Origin: Desulfonatronovibrionaceae bacterium
GTDB lineage: Bacteria; Desulfobacterota; Desulfovibrionia; Desulfovibrionales; Desulfonatronovibrionaceae
Length of the DNA stretch: 25,566 nt
Direction of reading: 5' to 3'
Assembly: GCA_046539845.1 (NCBI GenBank)
Contig: JBKHGE010000006.1
Location: forward strand, 62,001-87,566
The notes under the pieces were generated by a model. It saw only the letters and a list, made by a program, of their open reading frames with translations, did not search any database and was not told where the DNA came from. Position 1 is the stretch's first letter, and each line of letters starts with the position of its first letter. A program made the translations under genes and the position numbers. Positions 1 through 9,010 of the stretch are shown here, in pieces.

Positions 1-1
1 C

Positions 2-976
2 TGCCGGGTACACTTCCTCGAACCGGGCGAAGACCCGGAGTTGGATGCGACCACCCTGTATCTCAAGGAGTACAAAGGCAGGTTTCTGCGCTTTTGCCCG
101 GGGACCAGACATTACCGCTGCTGCGGGTACCGCATAATCCATATGGGCGAAAACTGCCCCCTGGACTGCACCTACTGCATCCTGGACAGCTATTTCCAGG
201 ACCCCGCCCTCAAAGTCTGGGCCAACCAGGCCGACTTATTCGCGGAACTGGAAAAGGCATTCGCCGCCAATCCCGAGCATTTGTTCCGGGTTGGGACCGG
301 GGAGTTCACAGATTCTTTGGTCCTGGAACCCTTGACCGCATACAGCCGCGATTTGGTGGAGTTCTTGGTCCAATTCCCCAATGTCTGCCTGGAACTCAAA
401 TCCAAAGTGGCGGACTTGAGTTGGATGGAAGCGGTCCGGGACCCCGGACGTGTACTCCCGGCCTGGTCTTTGAACAGCCCGGAGATAAGCCAAGAGCACG
501 AAAAAAAAGCAGACAGCCTAGAATCCCGGCTCTGTGCAGCCAAAGAATGCGCTGATCGCGGCTTACGGATCTGTCTGCACTTTGATCCCATAATCCATTA
601 TCCGGGCTGGGAAAAGGGCTACGCCCAGACGATCGAGATGATCTTCGACTACCTAAGGCCCAAGGAAATCGCCTACTTGAGCTTGGGGTCTTTCCGATGC
701 ATGCCGGAACTCAAAAATGAGATCCGCAGGCGCCGGCCGGACTGTACCTTTATCTACAACCAATTCGTAAGCGGACTGGACGGCAAAAGCAGGCTTTTCC
801 TTCCCCTTCGCCTGGAGCAATTCAGGTTCATGATCGACCGCTTGCGGGCAAGGGGGTTGGATCAGCAGATTTATTTGTGTATGGAATCAGACACGGTGTG
901 GAAGAAGACCCTGGGCTATACCCCCCGGGATCTGGGCGGTCTGGACCACCACCTTTTGCACCAGGCGTTCAGCTGA
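2..976 (+). CDS. Spore photoproduct lyase (SplB)-like radical SAM protein, 5'-truncated by the window edge
   Basis: Frame is open from base 2 (CRVHFLEPGEDPELD...). CxxxCxxC motif CPLDCTYC; SPL-family-like segments GEFTDSL, ELKSK, WSLN, SLESRL, HFDPII, YLCME. Confidence 0.8.
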   Translation, partial: CRVHFLEPGEDPELDATTLYLKEYKGRFLRFCPGTRHYRCCGYRIIHMGENCPLDCTYCILDSYFQDPALKVWANQADLFAELEKAFAANPEHLFRVGTGEFTDSLVLEPLTAYSRDLVEFLVQFPNVCLELKSKVADLSWMEAVRDPGRVLPAWSLNSPEISQEHEKKADSLESRLCAAKECADRGLRICLHFDPIIHYPGWEKGYAQTIEMIFDYLRPKEIAYLSLGSFRCMPELKNEIRRRRPDCTFIYNQFVSGLDGKSRLFLPLRLEQFRFMIDRLRARGLDQQIYLCMESDTVWKKTLGYTPRDLGGLDHHLLHQAFS

Positions 977-985
977 GCCAACAAT

Positions 986-1534
986 CTACTCCTCACCACC
1001 CACACCCGGACCGAACAGCCCTTTCAGGTTCGGGGCGTTGTATTTGGGGCAGCTGTCTTTTAAATAACACAGCTCACAACCTCCCCGGTACGGGTAGTAG
1101 GTCAGCGTGGAGTATTTATAGTTGAGCGCCCCGGCATTGGAAAATTCCAAGTCCACTTGGGCCAGGGATCTCTTGAGATGCTTGTTCGGCTTGGGCACCG
1201 GAGCGCATTGATGGGTCTCCAACTCCGGAAGCAACTGGCGCAGTGCGCCCATTATAAGCGTCTGGGCCAGGCATTGGTATTTGAACCCCTCTGACGGGCT
1301 GCTTTCCCAGGCCCTTTCCAGCTCGTCTTCGATGTCCCGGGCCAAATACGCGGCCACGTAACCCTTTTTTTCACCTAGCCGGTAGACTTCAAGATTAGCG
1401 GACATCCTCTCCCAGGCCTGGATAAGTCCCACGGTCTCCCCGCCTTCCAGTCCCTTTGACTGGGACAGGACCATATACATTTCCAAATCCAAAGGCGGGT
1501 GTATAGCCAGTTTATTCACTGCAAGCAGGGCCAT
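986..1534 (-). CDS. Hypothetical protein resembling a stand-alone B12 methionine synthase reactivation domain
   Basis: ATG at 1534 preceded by AAGGA; preferred over the track GTG at 1624. Acidic helix DIEDELERAW..GFKYQCLA and C-terminal CELCYLKDSC cluster. Confidence 0.55.
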   Translation of the reverse strand: MALLAVNKLAIHPPLDLEMYMVLSQSKGLEGGETVGLIQAWERMSANLEVYRLGEKKGYVAAYLARDIEDELERAWESSPSEGFKYQCLAQTLIMGALRQLLPELETHQCAPVPKPNKHLKRSLAQVDLEFSNAGALNYKYSTLTYYPYRGGCELCYLKDSCPKYNAPNLKGLFGPGVGGEE

Positions 1535-1718
1535 TTTATCTATCCTTACATTCGCTCTTGAGTTTGCCCCTAAAGCGGTTTTTCCAAAACAGCGGACCAA
1601 ATGACCTGCTCCGGAAAAGGGCACGTCCGCTTTGACTCTGCCGCTTACCGGAAACCGCTTTATTGCACAAGTGTTAAGTGTTCACCGGTCCTTTGCGGCC
1701 GGGACCGGGTCTGAAAGC

Positions 1719-1747
1719 TTGCCTCCGGAGAAATAATGCCTTAAACT
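1719..1747 (+). promoter_or_regulatory. Putative sigma70 promoter for the 1823 operon
   Basis: TTGCCT (1719-1724), 17 nt, TAAACT (1742-1747); AGAGG immediately before ATG 1823. Confidence 0.5.
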
Positions 1748-1822
1748 TTACTTTTCAACAGGGCGGTCGGGCATAAATCCGCCTCCGCAAATCCAGGCAC
1801 GTCAATCCCAAAAGGTAGAGGT

Positions 1823-3424
1823 ATGAACTCCCACAGCAAGAAAGGTTCCACCACCACGGAACTCGATCAGCTGGAATCCGATCTGGTCTCCCTGATCAAC
1901 CGCAGGATCCGTCTGCTTGGAAACATCTCCCGCAAACGCGCGGAGCGCCGGGAGAGCTTTACCGATACCCAGTTGGAAAAGGAATTGTGGAAAAAATGGA
2001 AGCCCTCGGCCGAGACCGGGAACAAAAGGCTCTACCGCCAGCTCTTCAATCAATTGAACAACCTGGCCTATACCCAAGCGGAAAAGGCGCCGGAAAAGCC
2101 GTTCTGCCTCTATCCCAGTCACAGACCCCTGAACATTGACATCCCCGGTCCCAAAGAATCGATGGAGACCAGGCTCTATACCCTGCTGGCTGCTCATTCC
2201 CCGGGAATCCGGACTATCCACGGCTATCCTTTAAATGATGTGCACGTGGAGTTCATAAAGGCTCTGAACCAAGGCGGAGCCAAACTCTCCTGGGAAGAGG
2301 ACACCCTGCACAGCCAAGAGGCGGACTTTAATCTGGACGGGGCTTCCGTCTATGTCGGAGAGGACAAATTCAATCTCCTTGTCCTTTTGGCCCTGGGAGC
2401 GGGAAAGCCCTGCGTGGTCCGCATCAACTGCTCGGCCAGTCTCAAAAACGAGGATCTGCGCAGCATCCTTCCGGTGCTGCAGCAGCTCGGGGCCAGGCTC
2501 AATTTCATCGAGCCTCAGAGCTTTAGCCTGCCGGCCAGGCTGGAGTCATCCGGGATCACCTCTGGGAGCGTAAACTTCCCTCCGGACGGGGATCCTTTGT
2601 TTTTGCTGGCCCTGGTTTGCGCAGCCGGGACCTACCCCCGGGCCCTGGAGATAAATTTCAATCCGGAGCAGCTGCCCCCGCAGACTCAGAATTGCCTGAA
2701 CATCCTGGAAACCTGCGGAATCTCTGTCGCCCGGGAGCCGGGAAGAATATCCTTTGAGCCCGGGACGGTCGGTCTGCCCCATCGTCCGGAGATCCATATC
2801 GACCCGGTGCTTTCCGCATTTCTTCTGGCCATGCCTTTGTTCGGGGACGGTTCCGTCCGGCTGCAGGGGAGCTGGCCGCAGTGCCCGCTGAGTTCTGCGG
2901 TTTTGGACCTTCTGCACCAAGCGGGGATCAATACCGAAATCAACGCACAAAGGATCCGCTCATATAGGGAGGAAGGACCAAAAGAGGCGGTCCTGGATAT
3001 CCGGAATTTCCCGCAACTCCTTCCCTTGGCCGCGGCTGTACAGGCCGGACTGATCAAAAAAGGCAAAGAAGAAGGATCTGTGCTTGTGGACACGGCTGAC
3101 GCGGATGTGTCCCCGGCCCGGGAATGTCTGGAAAATGCAGGCCTGTCTTGCCGTGTATTCCCGGGCAGACTGGAAATATTCCGCGGCCGGGTCCCGCCGG
3201 AAAAGGGTCCTCCCTGGGAGTGTCCCGGTCCCTGGTGGTGCCTGGCCTACGCCTTGATTTCCTTTTCCTATCGGGGGCTTTGTCTGGCCAATCCGGGCAT
3301 TTTGACCAGCGTATGGCCCGGTTTCTGGAAAATATTCACCTCCCTGCCCGAGCCCCAGGCCCGGGACCGGAAGCCCCAAGAAAAAGATGAAAAACCACAG
3401 AGGAGACGGATCATTGTCCGCTGA
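1823..3424 (+). CDS. Chorismate mutase-like domain fused to a degenerate EPSP synthase (AroA)-fold domain
   Basis: N-terminal ELDQLESDLVSLINRRIRLL (AroQ-like helix), then IDIPGPKESMETR, FIKALNQGGA, LQQLGARL and ANPGILTSVWPGFW, matching the AroA scaffold. Most catalytic motifs are absent. Confidence 0.7.
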   Translation: MNSHSKKGSTTTELDQLESDLVSLINRRIRLLGNISRKRAERRESFTDTQLEKELWKKWKPSAETGNKRLYRQLFNQLNNLAYTQAEKAPEKPFCLYPSHRPLNIDIPGPKESMETRLYTLLAAHSPGIRTIHGYPLNDVHVEFIKALNQGGAKLSWEEDTLHSQEADFNLDGASVYVGEDKFNLLVLLALGAGKPCVVRINCSASLKNEDLRSILPVLQQLGARLNFIEPQSFSLPARLESSGITSGSVNFPPDGDPLFLLALVCAAGTYPRALEINFNPEQLPPQTQNCLNILETCGISVAREPGRISFEPGTVGLPHRPEIHIDPVLSAFLLAMPLFGDGSVRLQGSWPQCPLSSAVLDLLHQAGINTEINAQRIRSYREEGPKEAVLDIRNFPQLLPLAAAVQAGLIKKGKEEGSVLVDTADADVSPARECLENAGLSCRVFPGRLEIFRGRVPPEKGPPWECPGPWWCLAYALISFSYRGLCLANPGILTSVWPGFWKIFTSLPEPQARDRKPQEKDEKPQRRRIIVR

Positions 3425-3635
3425 GATAAAAGATTTAAAGCAGGAAGTCCAGGAACTTAACAGCCAAATGGCCGCCTGCGAGTCCCGCGTGAACGAATTG
3501 CGCACCCAGGAAGACCCTGCCGCAGGGGTATTTTATCATCAGGAGATATTTTCCCTGCAGCAGGAAAAACTACGCCTGCAGGTGGAAATCGAATTCAGGG
3601 AAAAAAAGATCAACCGGCTTTTGCTGGAAGCCTGA
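3414..3635 (+). CDS. Small coiled-coil hypothetical protein
   Basis: AGGAG (3401-3405) lies 8 nt before in-frame TTG 3414 (track start 3387). Heptad pattern EIKDLKQEVQELNSQM. Overlaps the upstream stop and ends 6 nt before the next gene. Confidence 0.7.
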   Translation: MSAEIKDLKQEVQELNSQMAACESRVNELRTQEDPAAGVFYHQEIFSLQQEKLRLQVEIEFREKKINRLLLEA

Positions 3636-3641
3636 GCCAGG

Positions 3642-5075
3642 ATGCGATACAACACCGGCATAATCGGACCGGCCCGGCTTCTGGAATCCATTTCCCGGAT
3701 ACTGGGCACCGAGACCTCCATCTGGCCCCAGATACAGCCGGTAGGCCTGGTTTACACGGACTCCCCTCCACAGTCGGCGGATCTGCCTGTATACTCCACT
3801 TGGTCCGAACTCCTGGCCGGGCACGAAGTAAACGTGTTCATCAACCTGAGCCCGGACCCGGCCCTTCGAGCGGAAATACGCTCCGGACTCCCCGCAGACA
3901 TCCGGCTCATGGAAGACATACCCGCGCAATGGATACACGCCCTTTTCCGGGCCCACAGGGTGTGGATAAAAAAACAGGAGTCCAAAAACGAATTTCTGAC
4001 CCAGACGCTGGATAGTCTGCCTTTTACGGCCATATTGTTTAACAATCGCGGTCTGGTCACGCATTGGAACAAACAATGCGCCATGCTCACCGGCACTCCG
4101 GCGGAAAGCGCCATGGGTAGATACGAAGTCGGGACCTGCTTCTATCCTTTCCAAAGACCACTCCTTGGGCAAATCATTCTGGAGGAAGAGGACCTGGACA
4201 GCATAGCCAACCGCTTCGAACACCCGGAAACAGACTTTACCCCCCTGGAAAACGGGGTCCAGGTGAGCGGATATTTGCAGCTGCGGGGGAGACTGCCCGG
4301 GTATTATCTCTTGACCGCGCAGCGGATAGTAAAAGACGGCAGGACCCTGGGTTCTTTGGAACTCATCCAGGACATGAGCGCGGTATCCATGCTCAAGTCG
4401 CAGCTAAAAGAGCACAAGGATACCCTGCAACTGATGATGACCCACCTCCCTTTCCCCCTGTTGAGCACTGATCTCTCCGGACGGATACGATTCCGCAATA
4501 CCGCCGCGCAAAAGGAATTTTTAAACAAGATGGATTCCGACTCCGCCCGGGACAGGCACAATATCCTATGCTACCTGCGTCAGATCACAGACGAGGAGGA
4601 GATGGACAACCTCTCCAGATGGCTGCGGGAGGTCCCTTACGAATCCAGACCCTCCCGTACCTTGTCCGTGGAAATCGGGGATTTCCAGTGGGAAGTGACC
4701 TGCATCAAGACCGGGGATAAGGAATCGGAAAACGCCCTGTGGATCCTGCGCAATATAAGTGAAAAGGAAAGCGAAGACCGCCTGAGCACCGCCCTGGCCT
4801 TTTCCGGGGCCCTCAGTCACGAACTGGCCCAGCCACTGACCGCTATATCCAACTCGGCCCGTCTCCTGGCTCGAAGCGATCCCGCGGACAAGGAGCGTAT
4901 CCACAAACACAACCAAATCCTGGAAAAGGAAAGTGAACGAGTGATGGCTGTGTATCGCAAACTACAGAACCTGACCTCATACAAGCTCCAGGGATATCTG
5001 GACACCCAGATCATGGATCTGGACGATTCCTCGGAGGACCTTCATCCTTTTGAAAATTCCGGAGAAGACAAATGA
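3642..5075 (+). CDS. PAS-domain protein with C-terminal HisKA (H-box) but no HATPase domain
   Basis: PAS-like LDSLPFTAILFNNRGLVTHWNK and LPFPLLSTDLSGRIRFRN; H-box ALSHELAQPLTAI (His393); only 84 residues follow, without N/G1/F/G2 boxes. Confidence 0.75.
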   Translation: MRYNTGIIGPARLLESISRILGTETSIWPQIQPVGLVYTDSPPQSADLPVYSTWSELLAGHEVNVFINLSPDPALRAEIRSGLPADIRLMEDIPAQWIHALFRAHRVWIKKQESKNEFLTQTLDSLPFTAILFNNRGLVTHWNKQCAMLTGTPAESAMGRYEVGTCFYPFQRPLLGQIILEEEDLDSIANRFEHPETDFTPLENGVQVSGYLQLRGRLPGYYLLTAQRIVKDGRTLGSLELIQDMSAVSMLKSQLKEHKDTLQLMMTHLPFPLLSTDLSGRIRFRNTAAQKEFLNKMDSDSARDRHNILCYLRQITDEEEMDNLSRWLREVPYESRPSRTLSVEIGDFQWEVTCIKTGDKESENALWILRNISEKESEDRLSTALAFSGALSHELAQPLTAISNSARLLARSDPADKERIHKHNQILEKESERVMAVYRKLQNLTSYKLQGYLDTQIMDLDDSSEDLHPFENSGEDK

Positions 5076-6997
5076 ACCTAACCCACAAGATAATCAAAGA
5101 ACACCTAATCGAGGGACGCATGGAGCCGGGGCAGGAGATCGGGCTGCGCATCGACCAGACCCTGACCCAAGACGCCACCGGGACCATGGCCTGCCTGCAG
5201 TGGGAAGCCATGGGCCTGGACCGGGTCCAAACCGATCTCTCAGTGAGCTATGTGGACCACAACACCCTGCAGATGGGCTTTAAAAACCCAGACGATCACC
5301 GCTATCTGAGAAGCGTGGCCCAAAAATACGGCCTGGTCTTTTCCCCTCCGGGGACAGGGATCTGTCATCAACTGCATCTGGAGAACTTTGCCCGGCCCGG
5401 AACCACCCTGGTCGGTTCGGACAGCCACACCCCTACCGCAGGTGGAGTATGCAGCCTGGCCATGGGCGCGGGCGGCTTGTCCGTGGCCCTGGCCATGGCC
5501 GGGGAGCCGTATGTGATCAGCATGCCCCGGGTGGTCAACGTACGTTTGGAAGGCAATCTCACCGGGTGGGCCTCGGCCAAAGACATCATCCTTTATCTCT
5601 TGAGCCGGCTGGGCGTTAAAGGCGGAGTGGGCAAAGTCATGGAGTACACCGGCCCCGGAGTGGCCGGACTGACAGTCCCGGAACGGGCCACGATCACCAA
5701 TATGGGGGCTGAGCTGGGCGCGACCGCGTCCATCTTTCCGGCGGACGAAAACACCCGGGCCTTTCTCCGGTCCATGGGCCGGGAAGAGGAATTTGTCCCC
5801 CTGGCCGGGGATCCGGATGCGGAATACGACGAGAGCTTGGCAATAGATCTCTCCCGGATAGTCCCCATGGCAGCCAAGCCGCACATGCCGGATTTGGGAG
5901 TCCCGGTATCCGAACTGGACGGTATTTGTATAGATCAGGCCGCCATCGGCTCGTGCACCAATTCCTCGTATGCGGATCTCAAAACCGCGGCCAGCATCCT
6001 TTCCGGGCGGAAAAAGGCAGGAAATGTGGATCTCTTGATCTCCCCCGGCTCCAAGCAGGTCCTGAACATGCTCATGCGCGAAAACCTTGTCTGGCCCATG
6101 CTCAAGTCCGGAGGCAGGCTTCTGGAGTGCGCCTGCGGGCCATGCATCGGCATGGGCGGCTCCCCGGTGAGCCGGGGGGTGAGCGTACGCACCTTTAACC
6201 GCAATTTCGAGGGCCGCAGCGGGACCAAAGACGCCCGGGTCTACTTGGCCAGCCCGGCCACAGCAGCCTTCGCGGCAATAAACGGTCGGTTCACTGATCC
6301 CGATACATGGGGCGCCCCTTTTCCCAGGCCCGAGCTCCCGGCCGAGACCCCGAGCATCCGGCACATGTTCGTGTTTCCCGGTACAGAAAAAAAGGCCCGA
6401 ATCGAGCGCGGGCCAAACATAGTCCCCTTGCCCGAGTTCGAAGAACTCCCCCCTGCCCTGAGTCTTTCGGTGAGCATGAAGGTTGGGGACGACATCACCA
6501 CCGATCATATCCTGCCCGGGGGGGCAGAGGTGACTTCTCTGCGCTCCAATATCCCGGCCATAAGCGAGTATATCTTCTCCCGGATGGACCCAGACTTTGC
6601 CAAACGGGCGCTTTCCCTCGGACAAAGTCTTATTCTGGGCGCAGAGAATTACGGCCAGGGGTCCAGCCGGGAGCACGCCGCGCTCGCCCCCCGCTACCTG
6701 GGAATCAGGGCGGTGGTGGTTAAATCATTTGCCCGCATTCACCGGGCCAACCTGGTAAATTTCGGCATTCTCCCCCTAATCCTGGCCGATCCAAATGACT
6801 ACGACCGCATCGGGCTCGAAGATACCCTAAAGCTGGACTGCACGGCAATAAAACCCGGACAGGAAATCACCGCCCAGCTCAGCTCCGGACAGGGCATCAC
6901 TCTGGCCAATGATTTGACTGCCCATGAATTGGAGGTTATCAGGGCTGGCGGTCTCTTAAACCGGGTCAGAAAACAAAAAAAGAATCCGCTGGAGTAA
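5072..6997 (+). CDS. acn: Aconitate hydratase (short, about 640 aa, single-chain type)
   Basis: TQDATG, DHN, GICHQ, GSDSHT, cluster ligands IGSCTNS and CGPCIG, FNRNFEGR, ITTDHI, NYGQGSSREHA, KSFARIH. Confidence 0.93.
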   Translation: MNLTHKIIKEHLIEGRMEPGQEIGLRIDQTLTQDATGTMACLQWEAMGLDRVQTDLSVSYVDHNTLQMGFKNPDDHRYLRSVAQKYGLVFSPPGTGICHQLHLENFARPGTTLVGSDSHTPTAGGVCSLAMGAGGLSVALAMAGEPYVISMPRVVNVRLEGNLTGWASAKDIILYLLSRLGVKGGVGKVMEYTGPGVAGLTVPERATITNMGAELGATASIFPADENTRAFLRSMGREEEFVPLAGDPDAEYDESLAIDLSRIVPMAAKPHMPDLGVPVSELDGICIDQAAIGSCTNSSYADLKTAASILSGRKKAGNVDLLISPGSKQVLNMLMRENLVWPMLKSGGRLLECACGPCIGMGGSPVSRGVSVRTFNRNFEGRSGTKDARVYLASPATAAFAAINGRFTDPDTWGAPFPRPELPAETPSIRHMFVFPGTEKKARIERGPNIVPLPEFEELPPALSLSVSMKVGDDITTDHILPGGAEVTSLRSNIPAISEYIFSRMDPDFAKRALSLGQSLILGAENYGQGSSREHAALAPRYLGIRAVVVKSFARIHRANLVNFGILPLILADPNDYDRIGLEDTLKLDCTAIKPGQEITAQLSSGQGITLANDLTAHELEVIRAGGLLNRVRKQKKNPLE

Positions 6998-7000
6998 CAC

Positions 7001-8896
7001 ATGCTTGATTTTATGCGCAAAAACGCCCAATCTTGGGGGGTGAAGCTCTTATTCGGCTTGATAGTCATAGTCTTTGTCTTCTGGGGTGTAGGCAGTTTTC
7101 GCAGCGACAGGGCCTCCCTTTTGGCCACGGTCAATGACGAACCGATCACCCTTAAGGAATTCAACCGGGCCTATGAGAACACCCTACAGGATTTGCGCAA
7201 TCGGGAGTCCGGACTGGATCAGGAGCAAATAGAATCCATGGACCTCAAAAAACGGGTCTTCAATCAGCTGGTGTCCGCAGCCCTATTGGGCCAAAAGGCC
7301 CGGGAATGGGGAGTGACTGTCCCCTCGGATCAGCTGCGGAAAAATATTGAGCAGATCCAGGTCTTTCAGGATGAAGAAAAGCGCTTCAGCCCGGAGCGCT
7401 ACGAGGCGGTACTCAAAGCAAACCGGCTCACTCCGGCCCAGTTCGAGCAGGATCAGGCCCACAATCTGCTCATGGAAAAGGTCCGGACCTACGCCGGCCT
7501 CCCGGCCGAACCGGACCCGGAGGAGGTCCGCGAATTTTTCGATTACGCCCGCTCCCGGGCAAAAGCGGAATATATCCCCTTTGAATGGAGCGATTACCGG
7601 GATCAGATAAAAATCCAGGAAGAAAAGATCCAAGAATTCTATGAACAGAACAAAGACCGTTTCCAGGTCCCGGAAAAGCTTGAGATTTCCTATCTGGAGA
7701 TTACCCCGGCTTCCCTAGCCGACGCCGCAGCGATCACAGATCAGGAAGTGGCTGACTACTTCGCAGAGCACAAAGACAATTTCTCTGAACCGGAAAAGGT
7801 CCGGGCCAGACACATCCTAATTGAGCTCCCAGAAGATGCACCGGAAAGATCGGTGAACAAGGCCCGGGATAAATTGGCCAAGGTGAAGAGCCGGCTGGCC
7901 GCGGGCGAGGATTTTTCCGACCTGGCCCGGGAATATTCGGACGGTCCGAGTTCGGTTCAGGGGGGGGATCTGGGCTGGTTTTCCCGGGGGAGCATGGTCA
8001 AGCCGTTCGAAAAGGCCGCCTTTGCCCTCAAGCCTGGCCAAGTCAGCGATCCGGTGCGCACAAGGTTCGGGCTGCACCTGATCAAACTCGAAGAGCACCA
8101 GCCGGCCGGGGAACTCAGCCTGGAAGAGGCCGAGGATGAAATCCGCGAAGAAATGGCCCGGCAGCGGGCCGCGGACGAGCTTGCGGATGTGATAGACACC
8201 GCCCTGGAGATGCTTCTGACCACCGGTGATCTTAAGGAAATCGCAGCCGAATTGGATCTGACCATGCAAAAAAGTGCCCCGTTTACCAGATCCGCAGGCC
8301 CGGAAGGACTGGACCTCCCGGAAACGGCTGTAAACAAGCTGTTTTCCATGTCCGAGGGTGAGGTCACGGAGAGCCCTATCCTTTTGGATCAAGGCTATGT
8401 ACTGGCCCGGGTGGAAAAAAAGATTCCTTCCAGACCACAGGACCTGGAAAAGGTAAGGCCGCAAATTAAATCCACTCTGACCCGTAGAGCGGCCATGGAT
8501 ATAGCCGAGCAAGAAGCAAAAAAAGCCCTGGAACTGCTGCTTTCAGAACCGGAGAACATCCCGTCGGAGTTTGAGGACAAACTGCAGAAGACCGGTGAAT
8601 TCGGACGCAGGGGAGCCATCCCCGGCCTGGGCATGAACCCGGACCTGGTGCAGAACCTGTTCGATGCCAAGGTCGGGTCCTGGCTGGATGAGCCCTTTGA
8701 GGTGGACAGCGGATACGTCCTGGTCCGGCCCACAGAGCAACTTCGGCCAGACAGCGCGGACTTTGAGGCCCAAAAACAGTTCTGGATCTCCACCTACGCC
8801 CGGATGGAAAGGCAGCAATACTTGGATGCCTTTGTCCAGGGCCTGCGGGAGGACGCGGATATCGAGCTGGTCAATCCCAGGGTACTTGAATACTAG
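7001..8896 (+). CDS. ppiD: Periplasmic chaperone / parvulin peptidyl-prolyl isomerase PpiD
   Basis: N-terminal anchor MLDFMRK...LIVIVFVFWGVG, SurA-N region, parvulin motifs RARHILI, FSDLAREYSD, GGDLGWF, VRTRFGLHLIK; 631 aa. Confidence 0.9.
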   Translation: MLDFMRKNAQSWGVKLLFGLIVIVFVFWGVGSFRSDRASLLATVNDEPITLKEFNRAYENTLQDLRNRESGLDQEQIESMDLKKRVFNQLVSAALLGQKAREWGVTVPSDQLRKNIEQIQVFQDEEKRFSPERYEAVLKANRLTPAQFEQDQAHNLLMEKVRTYAGLPAEPDPEEVREFFDYARSRAKAEYIPFEWSDYRDQIKIQEEKIQEFYEQNKDRFQVPEKLEISYLEITPASLADAAAITDQEVADYFAEHKDNFSEPEKVRARHILIELPEDAPERSVNKARDKLAKVKSRLAAGEDFSDLAREYSDGPSSVQGGDLGWFSRGSMVKPFEKAAFALKPGQVSDPVRTRFGLHLIKLEEHQPAGELSLEEAEDEIREEMARQRAADELADVIDTALEMLLTTGDLKEIAAELDLTMQKSAPFTRSAGPEGLDLPETAVNKLFSMSEGEVTESPILLDQGYVLARVEKKIPSRPQDLEKVRPQIKSTLTRRAAMDIAEQEAKKALELLLSEPENIPSEFEDKLQKTGEFGRRGAIPGLGMNPDLVQNLFDAKVGSWLDEPFEVDSGYVLVRPTEQLRPDSADFEAQKQFWISTYARMERQQYLDAFVQGLREDADIELVNPRVLEY

Positions 8897-9010
8897 TCCC
8901 GTAGGGAGCAAAAAGACAAAAAACTAAAAAATGGATTCCGCCCACAGTCCGGACCGGTCCTTGCTAAGAACCAGGACCCGAAATATCTGCTTCCTGCCTA
9001 AGGATTATTT

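Noticed and set aside
5240..6676. 478-aa antisense ORF
   Set aside because: Shadow of aconitase in GC-rich DNA; no motifs.
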